The position numbers and the translations under genes are program-made. The notes beneath the pieces are model-generated. The model was not told where the DNA came from. It ran no database searches and saw only the letters and a list, made by a program, of their open reading frames with translations. A stretch of DNA of 62,752 nucleotides, the filler included, from Dimorphilus gyrociliatus (Eukaryota; Animalia; Annelida), in assembly GCA_904063045.1 (NCBI GenBank). It is 5 parts of 5 records of this genome, joined end to end, with 100 filler letters (N's around TTAATTAATTAA, not from the genome) between each part and the next. Parts side by side here need not be neighbours in the genome. Positions count along the whole stretch, not along the records: positions 31,294 to 41,348 come from CAJFCJ010000278.1; positions 41,449 to 62,752 come from CAJFCJ010000244.1; 3 more parts are not named here. One strand, 5' to 3'. This document shows positions 31,703 to 45,430 of the stretch, piece after piece. The first letter of the stretch is position 1; each line of letters opens with the position of its first letter.

Positions 31703-34700
31703 TTAAATCTTTTCTAAAATGGATAAATATGGCCAAGTAGACTCATAGTTATCATCATCATGGTTAATTTGGAAATTGAGATTCATTTGGCCTTCATCGA
31801 AATATCTTTTCATATAAATTTTATCTAAATTTGTAAAAAAGCCTGGGAGAAATCTGATACTCTTCCCCTGACCAATAAAGATATCAATCATATTCTTCGG
31901 TTTTTTATGCTCTCCAGTTACATCTATTACAATAGAATTTAAATTAAGATATTCCAAGAATTTGGAATGGCAGAGTATATTGCCAAATAATTCTGCGTCT
32001 TCCTTATTAAAGACGCATTCAGAAACGTCTATTCTCTTGATTGTAGCTGTTAATTTTTCGAGTCCTTTTAAAATGTATTTCATTCCCATTCCACCTATAA
32101 CACAACTACTCAAACTGACATCTTCAATAAGTTTACACTGGCCAAGTATATCACCAATTATCTTTGCATTATCTTCACTTATATCACACATGTAAAGATT
32201 AATTTTTTTTAACGTCTTAGATGATTTTTCAAGTACTTTTAAATTGTTCTTCTTTCCAATCCCCATACACCGGATCCCGTTTAAATCAAAGAATTCAATG
32301 AGTTTACATTGGCTGAGTAAATTTCTCAATTCTATCATATGGCTTTCAAATCGCATGTGATTAAACCTTAATATTTTTAATGTTTTAGAAGAATTTTGCA
32401 ATCCTTTGAGAATGTCATCAACAACATCATAGCTAATTTCTCTTAAATCAAAGCACTCAATGAATTTAAATTGTTTTAATATATTCTTAATTATCTCTCC
32501 ATGGCATTGTTGTATTTGACAATGGCTTAAACATATGGTTTTTAATGTTTTATTAGATTTTTCCAGTCCTTGTAAAATGTTTATCATACCTTCTTCTATT
32601 CCAGATCTATTCAAATTAATACATTCTATAAATTGACATAGTTTCAGCAAATTACCCAATACTATAACATCATAGTTGTCTAATGAACAATTACTCAAAG
32701 ATATGGATTTTAATGTATTTAATGATTTTTCCAACCCTTTAAAAATACTTCTCAATCCCTGTCCCATTTTTCTATTACCACTCAAATTAATGATTTCTAC
32801 GAATTGACATGATTTCAAAAACTGACCAAGTGTATCTGCATCATCTTCACTTAGATTGAAATATTTCAAATTTATTTCTCTAATTACATCTGATGATGTT
32901 AATATCGTATGGAAAAAACTTTCCTTCTTACTTCTCATTTCCAAATAAAAATCTGTTTGTTTTTTTTCAATAAATCTACAAATGTTGAGTAAATTACTAT
33001 AGGATTTAATGTCATCTTCACTCAAATTACAACAAATCATTGTTATCCTTCTTAATGAATATAATGATTTTTCTAGTCCATTCAAAATTCTTCTCTTCCC
33101 ACTTTTCATTTTATCATTCATGTCCAAATTTAGATATTGTATGAATTTACATTGGTAGAGTAAATTGCCCAATAGTATTGCATCATTCTCAGTTAGATCA
33201 CAATCTTCAAATTCTATGATATTTAGGGTAGCTGACGAATTTTTCAGTCCATTTAAAATACTTTCTATTCCTTTTCCCATTTTACTATTAAAATTGAAAT
33301 TTACATTTTCTATAAATTGGCAATAGCCAAGTAAATTGCCAAATAATTCTGCAACATTTTCAGTTATGTTGCAGTCCTCAACATTTATCATTTTTAGTGC
33401 TTCAAATGACCCTACCAATCCTTTTATGATATTTATCATTCCTTCTCCAATTTGAGGATTATGACCCATATGAATTACCTCAATAAATTTGCATTGTCTG
33501 AGCAAGTCGCCAAATATTTCTCCATCTCTTTCAGTTAGATTACACTTCCCCATACAAATTCTTTTCAATGTATCTGACGATTTTCTTAAATCCTTTAAAA
33601 TATGCCTATTTCCATTTCTAATTATAGAACTATTATATAAATTTATATTTTCTATGAATTTACATTGATCAAGTAAATTTCCAATCATATCTACATCAAA
33701 ATTACTTTCAATCATATTCACTAATTCTATGTTTTTCAATTGGTCAGTCGAATTTTTAAGTCCGTCATAGAGATTTAATGACATTTCATGCGAAGATTCC
33801 CGAAAGCCACTTAAATTAATGTACTCTATGAATTTACATTGCTTGACTAAATTGTCAGATGTACAACTATGTTCTGCAGAAAAGGAACAATCACGCAAGT
33901 GAATTCTTTTTAATGTATTAGATGATTTTTCTAATGCTCTCAAAATGTCTGCTTTAAAATGGGTACCATTAAGGTTAATACATTCTATGAATTTACATTG
34001 ATTCAATAAATGACCCAATTGTAATTGATCTTTTTTACTAAATTCACAATTCTGAAATTCTATTGTATTTAATGTATTTGATGATGTTTCTAACCCTTCC
34101 AGAATATCTTTCATTCCTTCCGGAGTATCATCCATTCCCATAGAGAAATTATAACTCAAGTTAATGTTTTCAATATATTTACACTGTTTCAGTAAATTAC
34201 CAATAAACAGTACAGAATTGATATTGAAGCTACAATTTTCAAAATTTACACTTTTCAATGTGGCTGATGATTTTTCAAGTTCTTTGAAAATATTTTTTGT
34301 ACAGTTGAAAAAATTGAAATTTTCATTTTGCGTAAATCTACATTGTTTGATTAGATTACTTAAAATATCTGCTTGATCATTACTCATTCTGCTATTTGTT
34401 ATGTTCATTTCTTTTATCATATTGCATGAATTTTTCAAACTTTTGGCATACTTTTCTATTATCATCTTATTTTTAAAGTTGAAACATACTTCTTCTAAGA
34501 AATTAGACTGGCTGAGTAGTGTACTAAATGATTCTGCATCATCACATGTTGAATGGCAATATAATAAATTAATTCTTTTTAGCGAATAGGATGATTTTTC
34601 AAGTCCAATAAAGATTTTTCTCTTTCTGTTTCCCATTGTAATATTCCCTCTCAAATTTATGATTTCTATAAAATAACATTTGCTGAGTAAATCACCCAAT

Positions 34701-37700
34701 GTGTTGGCATCATCTTCACATAAGTTACAATTTGAAAGTTGTATTATTTTTAGTGTAGCAGATGATTTTTCTAATCCTTCAAATATGTCTTTCATTCCTC
34801 TTCCCATTCTTTTATTTTTATTTAAATTGACTTCAACTATGTATTTACATTTCCTAATTAAGCTGCCCAAGAGTTCTGCATCATCTTCAGTTAAATTGCA
34901 ACTCTCAAGATCTATTTTTTTTAAAGTTTTACAGGATGAATTTAATCCGGCAATAATACTTTTCTTTCCATTTCCCATGTTTTTGTTTCCTTGCAAATTA
35001 ATTGTTTCAATAAATATAAAATTGTCCAACAACTGTCCTATAACTTCAGCTTCAGATTCATTTAAACTGCAATGAGCAAGCTCTATAGATCTTAGAGTTT
35101 TATAAAATTTTTCCATCTTTACAAATACTTGAATTTTTCCTTTTCCCAAGTTTGCGTTTCCATTTAGATTGATACTTTCAATTATATTGCAACTACCCAG
35201 AAAATTGCTAAACAGGCATGAATGATCTTCAGATATGCTATGCCAACCAAAATTTACGAACAGAGTGTTTTCAATGATCTTTCCAATGCGTTCAGTATAT
35301 TTTCTATTACATTTTCATTTTTTGTATTTATGCTTATAGTTATATTTTCTAAACTATTTTTTCTGAGAAAACTGGTAAAAATCTCGACATTTTGTTCAGT
35401 AAATGAACACTGTTGAATATGAACAGATTTTAGAACTCTACTTGTTTTATGCTCGTTTATCTTGCAATTAGTATTGTTATCCTCAAAGTAAAAACCTTGA
35501 AAATGAAGATAGAGAAGTTTTGGAAATGATTCAAAAATACTCAACATTCCATAATTGCTGCATACAAAACCAGATTTAAAGGAAAATATCAGTTTTTTTA
35601 AAGAAAATTTGGCAGCATCCCTCAAAGCATTAAAAATTATATCAAAACCATTCATAAGAGTATTTACTGTTAATGAAAACTCCATTAAGTTATTGGTTAT
35701 AATCAAAAGATTACTAAGATCTTCTGCTTTGGTTACATTTAAAAATGTATATGACAAATCCAGATTTGTAAGCAAATCTAAAGGGGTTTCAAAAAATAGA
35801 AATGACTCTAGAAACTCATAATCTGGCATTTTAAATGCTTTCAAATAAAAATTTGATAAGAAATATTCAATGATTAAGGTTAAAATATCATTATTCAATG
35901 TTGATTGTTCATTGTGAAACTGATATTTTTCTTCCATATCAAAAAGAAAATTGATTGGTTCAGAATGAATTTTTTCCATGACCATTTTAAAAGTCTTATT
36001 ACTTGAAAAATTTATAGCTAACTCCACAATTTGTTTTTTATCATGACTTGTCATTATTTTGATGTGATAAATTCCAATTATGAAATATTTCAAATTGATT
36101 TTAAATACAAGATTGAATAAATCATGTATTTCATGTCTTTCAAAAAAGTATCTAAAGATATTGTGGTCATAACATTCAAAAATCTTTAAATTTGTTGAAT
36201 TTTCAGCCAAATTAATAAGTAATTTTGGGAAATTAATTTCAGTATTGATTAGAATAATTTCTTCTAAATATTCTAAACTTTTTTCTAAAAGTATTTCCAA
36301 TATGACGTCACTTACTTTTTCATTTTGCAGTTCTAATATTCTGCTATTTTCCAAATCATTTGTGAATAGCTTTTTTTCTAAATTTTTACTTAAATTATAC
36401 ATTTTCTTTAGAATGTCAATATTCTTTAAAAGATGTTCAAAAGTCTCTGTTGAAAATTGCCTTATGAACTCCATAGTATGGAAGATATTTAATAGATTTG
36501 TATTATTTAACGTAGTTTTAATAGAATTAATTGCTTGTGAAAAAATAGATCTTTTTTCAACTTTCGAAATAATATAGAATGAAGCAAGATATTCTTGAAT
36601 AGATAAATGATAAAATTGAATAGTTGTCATCAATGGATTTACTTTCTTGTGTGGAATTATTTGAATCAAATTTTCAATAATTCTATATTTATGTAAATTA
36701 ATTGTTGGAATTTCCAGCTTTGTTTTTGATAAATGTAAAAAACATATTTTACATATTTCATTAAAATCTTTGGACTCTTCTAATCTATTTAGAGTTTGAT
36801 TTGAATTATTAAGGAATATAACCAAATCTGAGTAAATTTCATACATTGTACTTTTCAATTTCTTATTATTTTTCTTCCAAACAAAAAATAGAATCATTGA
36901 GAGAAGTGGTACTCTACACATTTTCTTAAGATTTCTACCCTTATCTTTTATATAATTAACAAATTCATAAGAGTTATTGTTATCATTGAAACATTTTGAA
37001 AAAAATATAATTAGTTGATCATCATTGAGTCCAGTAAGTTCAAAGGTAATGCAACAACTACTAAATATCTCTTTTGCCTTCCACTTTCTAGTCCAAATAA
37101 CTGTTTGAACTGGACAATTTGTATTTACAATGTAATTATTCAAAGTATGTTGAGATAGGCCAAATTCATCAGCTCCATCAAGAAATAATATAATATGTTG
37201 AGATTGCTCTTTAAATAAGCCTACTATGATATCTTTTGCTACTGAGTTGTTTTCACTAAAATTTTGTTTAATAATTGTATCATAAATATCATCTGTCTCT
37301 AAGACATCTCTTAAAGTTATAACAAATATCATTTTATCATTACAACATTCCCATAAATTGTTAGCCCAACAATGAATAAGATATTTAACTTGAACAGTTT
37401 TACCCATTCCAGGTTCACCTTGAATTAAGATTTTATTGTAATTCAAACCAAAAATTTTATGAAAATTCTCGTAAATATAAATTGAATTTTCTGAGATTAA
37501 CTCCTCTAAATCTTTCTTTATAACACTACGTATTTCAATGGAAGTAACAATATCAATAATTTTTACAGTACTAACATCTTCCAAAGGCAATGGTTTAATA
37601 AGAGCATTTGTGGTTTTATGATGTTCTTTAACCATGTTTATAAAATCGTCCCATGGGTTATCGAAAGCAATTTTCAGCTCTGAATTAAAAAATGTAAGAC

Positions 37701-37962
37701 TTTCTAGTCCAAGTTTTAAATCTGTAAAAGATTTTTGCTGAAGACTATAGCTAAAGTTGTCCATTACTATTTTTCTCTTATTCTTTTTATATTCATTTTG
37801 CCAGTACTCTTTTTCATCCACAGACACTATTCCATTTGATTGTAATCTTACCAAATATTTTTCAAACGAAATTTCAGCTGGAAGAATATCATGAAAATTA
37901 TCCAAGATATCTCTATTATAAAAGATAAAAACAGTTTTGAGAGCCATTAAACTTTCTATCAC
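31703..37962 (-). CDS. NLR-type receptor: putative death-fold N-terminus, NACHT NTPase, very long RI-like LRR array (one frameshift at ~35256)
   Basis: Walker A GEPGMGKT, Walker B ILFLDGADE, CRVPLLSM, FYHLSIQEYLAS. A 1-nt shift at ~35256 links the 902-aa ORF to an open frame (VNFGWHSISED...NLNGNANLGKG) continuous with the 1148-aa LRR ORF. The 5' end is preceded by a splice acceptor (ttttctacag). Confidence 0.88.
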
Positions 37963-38151
37963 TGTAGAAAAAATTCAAATTTTAGTAAAAACGTAGATTT
38001 TGTAAGTATATTCTGCTGAAGAATTTTTCACAAAAGTATTGCACACTTCAGTTCCTTATGAATGTTTCTTTTAGAAAATGTGGCCTTATCTCAATACTTG
38101 GCAATTTGAATACTTAACAATAGCATTGTATATACCTGTTTCATAATACTA

Positions 38152-39373
38152 AAGTAAACGACAGGAGTATTGGAACACCTCAAATTTTTATAGGTCAAAT
38201 ATTAAAAATCTTTTTCATGATGAAAAAAGATAAATTTTTTTTATTTTTTCAGTATTTAATAATAGGTTAAACTTGCAATTTTATATAAATTTCTTTAAAA
38301 CAGCAGTTAGGTAAGTTTTTACATATTTTTTTTTTATAGAAATTACCATAGTTTTCTGATTTTTTTCTTATTTGACATGCTTATTGGAACAATATTAAAT
38401 TGTTAAATTTTTGGTCTATTTTTGTATGTGCCCACCCTCTCTTTCTATACATTTGCTTATTCTATGGCCCATTCCCTCATATAAACTTGGCAACAAGAGT
38501 GGATTTCTGTTGATAACCTCATACGAGCATTTCTTAATCTTTTCCCACAGTTCATCCTCTGTCTCGAACTGTGGACCATCATAGACCAATCTAGATTTTT
38601 GCTAATAACTTTGAGGCGGTATGCTTTTCTGCGTTTACAGTCTTTGGAGGTGAGATCAGTTCTTTGTCTGACTCTTTCATACTTGAAATTTTGTCTTTTC
38701 AGCTCCCTCTGTATTGTTCTTATGCTTACATCTACTGCTAATTCCTTTAATATCTTTGCTGCTGTCACTCTTTGCTTGTTATCTTTCAGTTTCTTTACAA
38801 TTCTTTTCATCCTCTCTATCTCTCTATCAGAAAGCTTCTTCAGACCTCCCCTATTGTCTTGTTCTGGCTGCTTGTACTTCAAGATGTTGCTAACTGATGA
38901 TGGTGCCATTCCTAAAACTCTTGCTGTTGCCCTTAATTTGCCTATTTCACTATATTTCTTGATTACCAAATCCCTTATATCTTGACTCCAAACCATAATT
39001 AAAAAAATTATGTACAGTAATTTTTAATATTCAATAACTAATTAACTTAACTTAAAACAGGAAAAACGTTGAAAAATTTTTTGTTTGAGATGTCTATTTG
39101 AATGTCAAACCGGATGTTAACTCAATGTTCCAATAAACATGTCTCGCTGCCAAATAAAGAAAAAACTTATGAAAATTATTAAAATTTTTGCTAATAATGT
39201 TCACAAAATATTATCATTTTCTTAAATTTTTTTCAATATTATGTCAATTTAACTCTTTTTCTATATAAATTTAGACAAAAACTACTAATTTGCAGAGGAC
39301 AAACAATTTTAACTGTTAATTAAAAGTTGGCCTATCAAAATTTACGGTGTCCATATACTCCTGTCGTCCACTT
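38152..39373 (-). mobile_element. Internally deleted Tc1/mariner element (1222 bp)
   Basis: Imperfect ~45-bp TIRs (aagtaaacgacaggagtattggaacacc / ggtgtccatatactcctgtcgtccactt) each flanked by TA. ORF 38457-38996 has paired-like HTH domains and ends at LDWS, with the DDE domain missing. Confidence 0.85.
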
Positions 39374-40461
39374 TATTATATATAAAATCATGATCTTAAA
39401 AACCAGACACTATGAATTCTGATAGGCCATACATTAACAATCTCTTTCCTTTTCTCAATACTATTATTTTTATACAAGGATCATCAAAATCCAGTGCAAA
39501 CATTTGAGCAAACAAAGATAAATATTGGCACAGCAAAATGGCTTGTGGCTTTACTGGATATGAAGATCTAATTCAAGGAAGAATTGATGAAAAAATGCAT
39601 CCAACATTAGTAAAATTAATGAGGATTGAAGAGAAGTTTAAGGAAATTATGAGGTATCATTTGAAACAACAAATTAATCAATATTACTTGGAGTCGGACA
39701 ATAGTTATATTCAAGAAATGCTTAAAAAAGTGAATTAGACAATAACAATAAAATAACACTAACCCTAATTTGACAATTGGTCTTGAGAAGAGAATAGAAA
39801 GAAATAGATTACCAATACTAGCCATTGGTGTCAATGACCAAAGACAAGAGAATGTAAGGTTAACCACATAATTTGTTCTACACATGAGTTTTGCCAAAAA
39901 GTGAATGAGAAAAAAAGCTATAATAGAATGTAAAAAAGTATAAATATGTCTGCTGTCTGCATTTTTTTGTATATCATCAGCAATTGTTACATATTTCTTT
40001 AATAAACTTGAAAAAATTTCATAAGATAAAGCAGGTTACTTTCATACAAAGTTTATGACACTTCAAATGTAGATTTCCAAGCTTTGTAGTAAAAATGTTT
40101 TTATTGTAGATGTCTTTCAAAGTTGCAAATTTAGCAACCCACTAATATTTACAAATCAAAATCTCATGATACAGATGATGCTGCTGATCTTTAATAACTT
40201 GTTCTTAGAGATTATTTACCAAAGAAAGAAAAGAGTGAGAGAATAGCATTTAATGTTTTCAAGCTTATAGAGGTTAATGGAAAAAATAAGATATTATTCT
40301 TTTTTTTCTTTGTCTTTTTTCATTTGTCTTTATAGGTAATCCAAAATACTCTTAGCATCATCAGTAATACTTTAAAAACACAGGTATTTAAACATAGATA
40401 AGTCTCCTAATGCTTGTAGCAGACTATAAAAGAATATTATTCCTTCTCTTATTCATTGATT

Positions 40462-41348
40462 ATGAACAGTTCAGCTATTTGGAATCCTACTTTAAATCAT
40501 CCAGTTTTAAATCCTATTAGATCAATTACAATTGGTATTCCTTCAATTTTATCATTGCTTTCAACAGTTGTGGCTTTAATATTTCTTCCATTTGTTGAAA
40601 AGATACCTCAAATATCAAAAATTCTTTTAATCAATGTATCCATTGCCGATTGTTTGATGAGTATTACTTCCGTTTTATCATCATTTATAACCTCAATATT
40701 TGAAGAGTATATACTTGGATATGTAGTTTGTCAAATTAGTGGAGTAATTACGGTTACAAGTGCTATGATGTCGCTATGGAGTGTAACAATAATTGCATTT
40801 GATAGATATGTTGCAGTACTACATTTCGATAAGTAAATATTTAATGTTAAAGATTTTCATTGCAAAGTTGGAGATGAAATTGTTTTTTAATTTCTGACAA
40901 AATCTCCTCTCTGAAATATTTAAGATAGATAGATTAAATAGGCCTATAATTTTACTTTTACTCCAGGTACAAAGGAATTATAACTGAAAGAAAAATAATG
41001 ATTGTCATAACTATTTCATGGCTATTTTTGTGTAGTTTTGCTTGTTTACCTTTTCTTAAAATTACTCAATTTCAAGTTTACATTTTGCTTGAGCCTGAAT
41101 TAGTATGCGCTCAAGATTTGGTATTAAGTATACATTCATCTTGGTATGTTTTTACTGGACCAATATTTACATCAACAATTTTATTCTTTTCAACATATAA
41201 AACAATAATTTATTTAAAAAGACAAAATTCCAGAATAAATACAGAAAGTCAATTGATTAGAAAATTTTCAAAAAGAAATTTAAGAATACTGAAAGTATTA
41301 ATTTTAACTATTTTATTATTTTATCTATTCTGGATTCCATTTAGTATT
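40462..41348 (+). CDS. Class A (rhodopsin-like) GPCR, 3' truncated at the contig end
   Basis: Exon 40462-40832, intron 40833-40966 (GT-AG), exon from 40967 in frame. TM2 LINVSIAD, TM3 IAFDRY, TM4 SW...LPF, TM6 FYLFWIP. Confidence 0.88.
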
Positions 41349-41448
41349 NNNNNNNNNNNNNNNNNNNNNNNNNNNNNNNNNNNNNNNNNNNNTTAATTAA
41401 TTAANNNNNNNNNNNNNNNNNNNNNNNNNNNNNNNNNNNNNNNNNNNN
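41349..41448. other. Artificial contig spacer
   Basis: 44 N + TTAATTAATTAA + 44 N. Confidence 0.97.
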
Positions 41449-43642
41449 CTAAGTTCCATCTTGCCAAAAAATGTCTTTAGAGCTAAAATAAAATGTCCTA
41501 GTGCTTCGTGGGCTAATACAGTTACCTTCGTTAATTGTAATTAAGAACCGTATACTCAACAAATGTCACAAAAGTATTCAATTTAGTTTATTTGTACAAA
41601 ATTGAAACTTTCTATAAAAAAATGAAAATAAATTTACAAGAAATAGAAATAGCAGTCATCCCTTTAAAAAGTATATATGTTAATCAACCAGATTATTGTA
41701 TTTATTTGGTACTAGAAAAAAAATATACGATAAAGAATTGCTAGAAGATATTTGTATGACATTTTTAAATTTATTCGATTTAAAAAAAAACAAAATTTCA
41801 AGTATTTTTCAAAGTTGTGATATCAATTAAGTATTCCAGATAACAATGGTTTGTATTCTTCCTTTAATAATAGTATATTAAAATATTGTGATAAGACTGA
41901 TGTCTGTATTAATAAATTGTACGTAAATTTAATATGTGAAGTTGTAGTTAACAAAGCAGGCGTAAATAAAAAAATCGAAAATTTTACTCATACTGAGGAA
42001 GAAAGTATTAAAAAAGACTCCTTTTCTACCAAAAGAAAATTTATTGTGGCTGATAAACCACATATATTGATTGTTTTTAGTTGTTTAACAAAGATATTTT
42101 TTCTTTTATTTCATAAATTTTTTATTTAATTTTTTTTGGAAACTTCTTTTTTGTATGGATTTTATAAAATATCTAAGAATTTTTATAACAGCAGATATTA
42201 ACTTTAGAAAGTCCAGTAAATATTGTTTAAAAAATTGTTGTTTTAATCGTATTGTAACTAGATAAACATTATTATCATTTATTGTTTTTTTATACATAAC
42301 AACTCTTATATATAGCATTTGCTTTATTAATACCAGATTTTTTCATAATAATACTTTTATCTTAGAAGAAATTCTTTGATTTTGTATATAAATTCCTAAA
42401 TCAATCAGTAGATAGGTATATTTCATAATCTCATAGTCTAATATAATGTTGTTTCATATTAAGCTCCTTCAGGAGAGGTTACATGCTTCCTATTTATCAT
42501 AATAACGTTAGTTCTTGGTAGTGATAAAATTCGAATACTTTCTTCACTATAGATTTTCTTGCGAATAAACTTATTTTAAAACAATTACTAGATGTTCTTT
42601 TCGTCCCTGCCCATATGATTTTTCCTCTAGTATTTTAATTCTAGTGTATTAACACTTAAAAAAGGTTTTAATTTATCTATTGTTATTGCCATCTCATTAT
42701 CATCTATTCTCTGTAGAATCTCACTATTTTCTGCACCAAGTTTTGTTTTTTATATGTCACAATTTGAATTAATAACTTTTCTATTTATTATTAAATTGTT
42801 CCGAATATTGATATTCCCAGTTCCATCTGTAACTTTGTATGGAATTTTACATTTTTAATCATTTAAATCTACTTCCATAGAAATAACTTAGGAATCTCAT
42901 ATTTAATTTATTCTCATATACGCATTTCAAATATACAGTGTAAAAAATCATATGTATTTTTATTAATCTTTTACAGTTGAAAGTTTAAATATAGGTAAAT
43001 TCGTATCAAAATTATTACAATTATGTATTTGAGTCTCTGTGATTTTCTAAAATTTTTCGTTAATGTTATTTTTAAGATTATAATCAAAAATATTTTTAAA
43101 AGTGTAAAAAAAACACTAATATAATGGATAATATCTTAACACTTTTATATAAAAACAAAATAACTTTATTTAATGTGACTTAACATTACTCCAATTTTAA
43201 GAAAGTCGAAATGTTAAATTCAAAAAATAGAAACTATTATAGATATTCCATTCTCTTTTGTACGGATGATTTTTATATAGACTATATTAAAAGTATCTAA
43301 ACGTCAAAGGCTTTTCCTTAAGAGCTTAGAATGTATATCGAAAGAAGTTGATAATTTCACATCCCATAACACAGAAAATCAATAAATTACAAGAAAAAAC
43401 AAGCTGTAAAGTTTTGATATAATATTGAGATTTTATTTCGATAAACTAAACCTAATATCAGTTTTATCGATAAAACTCAGTTTCTAAAACGCAAGTAAAT
43501 AATTATTTATTCTGAGGGAACTAAAATATGGATGAAAATAGTTGAAATTATAATAAACACAACCACTTTTAGTAATGAATCTAAATTTAGTATGTTTAAT
43601 TCAGATGGAAATATTAATATAAAAAAGATGAAAGGTTATACG

Positions 43643-43718
43643 TTAATCTCTTAAAATATACAAAATATATTTAATTTAAAATTAGAGTGATTTTAGTTTA
43701 TGTATGAAAATTTTATAT
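43643..43718 (+). repeat. Left copy of a 76-bp direct repeat flanking the MULE (right copy 45431-45508)
   Basis: The copies are identical except for two 1-nt homopolymer-type indels. Each directly abuts a TIR. Confidence 0.9.
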
Positions 43719-45430
43719 CGGTGTGTGACAACTCGTCCTGGACGAGTTGTCGCACAACTGATCCCACTGAAAAATGCGACAACTCGTCTCAAAAGTAAGA
43801 AATAAAAAACGAAAAATATAAAATAAAACGAATTTATTTGATTTAATGTCATGAGCTTGTCAATCAGTTTAAAAAAAGCCTCAATACTTAAATTTGAACA
43901 ATTTTCACATAAAATTTTTAGAGAATATTCTTTTTTGTAATCAACCTCTGTTATAGCCAAATGGTTCCCGTTTTTGAATTGCGTCAAGTTGAAATACATT
44001 CTTTGTTCTTCCCTCGTTAAAACATTTATAAAAATAGCTAGATTTGGATGAGCTCTGTTAAAAGAGCTGTTTAGTTCCCGTGCCAGCTTTCAAGTGTGTT
44101 TGTTGTTCTTGGACGGAATTGATTACACGACTATGACAACTCCAGAAACTAGTGTCGTATAATGGTTGGGTCTTTCTTTACTTCCAATAAAAGTTCTACG
44201 AAAATAAATTAAAAACTCTTTCATCTTTTCATCATCCTGGTTCATGAGAATATCATGTGAGATTTTTTCGAATTCATGTAAAACTTCTGATTCTTTTATA
44301 AATGCTAAGTGAAGCATTTCCTAATCAATTTTCGTTTCCAAGTTTTATCTTTGTAAATTATAGAAAGGCCAAGAGACTGTATTCTCCTCCAAATCATTTG
44401 TCCGAAATGGAAATTGCATCCATACACTTTCGTAGATGTAAAAGATATTCTAACAGAGTTAATCAATCCCTTTCAAAGTCAATTATAATAGCAGAAGGCT
44501 TGGCATTTGTTAAGTTTTTTACTTTTTTGAATAAATTTAGATAACTCAATTCAGTTTTTGAAACCATTATCGCATGTAAACAAGGCCAAAACTTCCCAAG
44601 ATACTTTCCTTGAATTGTAAGTAATTGTTCGAAATGGCCAGGAACACTTTTAAAAGTTCCATCTATAATCCAAATTTCAGACATTTTTAGTACATCTAAT
44701 TGGAAATCGGAGGCGAAAATGACAAAGCGACTTATATCCTCCATTCCTGAATCACAACGAAAAAATAATTCTCCACGATTATTGTTCCAAAGGCATTCAG
44801 GAATTTCGGGAATAGATGGAACAAAGTTGGGAATTCTAGTTAATCTCTCCCTTTGAACAATTCTATTTAAAGATCGTTCTTTCGGGAGATTTTGCATGGT
44901 GTCATCAGTGGCATTATGTAATTCCTTGATGACTACATTCATAGTTCTATCTGAAGAAGTTCTCGCCATTTCTTTTAACTTAGACTTTAACCTCATGGCG
45001 TTTAATTCTCCGTCTACAATTGGTTGATGGTTATGAAGGTTATTATCTTCAATATTCCCATTTTTATTTATCCGTACAGTAGTATTGCAGTGACGAATTC
45101 TGCATCGCCATATCGAATATTCTTCTTTGCTACTCTTTAGTGTAAACAGGTAATTTTGAAAAACTAAAATTTTCCCACTTCTTTGACCATTAATAAATTC
45201 ATATTGAGTCATATAAGGGGTAATAAACTGAATTTATGAAAAATTTTTAATAATAAAAATGTCAAAATATTTTCAAGAAATATAATATATATAATCAATC
45301 ATTTTTTAAAGAAAGTTAATTTAGGTTAGGTTTCATTTATTCAAAATCTTACTTTTGAGACGAGTTGTCGCATTTTTCAGTGGGATCAGTTGTGCGACAA
45401 CTCGTCCCAGGACGAGTTGTCGCAGGGCCG
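43719..45430 (-). mobile_element. Complete FLYWCH-MULE (Mutator-like) element with 82/84-bp TIRs; transposase has 1-nt frameshifts
   Basis: TIRs 43719-43800 and 45347-45430 are near-perfect inverted copies. The ORF from 45212 has FLYWCH (NYLF...IWRCRIRHC...HNH) and IIDGTFK, IIDFE, then GCNFHFGQ and RTTNTLESWHR in shifted frames. No introns. Confidence 0.9.

Noticed and set aside
31962-36577. Several plus-strand ORFs within the NLR (e.g. 34680-35075, 36245-36577)
   Set aside because: Antisense shadows of a long coding region, with no independent motifs.
43682-43999. 105-aa ORF running through the MULE left TIR
   Set aside because: Its first part is the frameshifted transposase C-terminus. 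The extension through the TIR is most likely caused by a lost stop.
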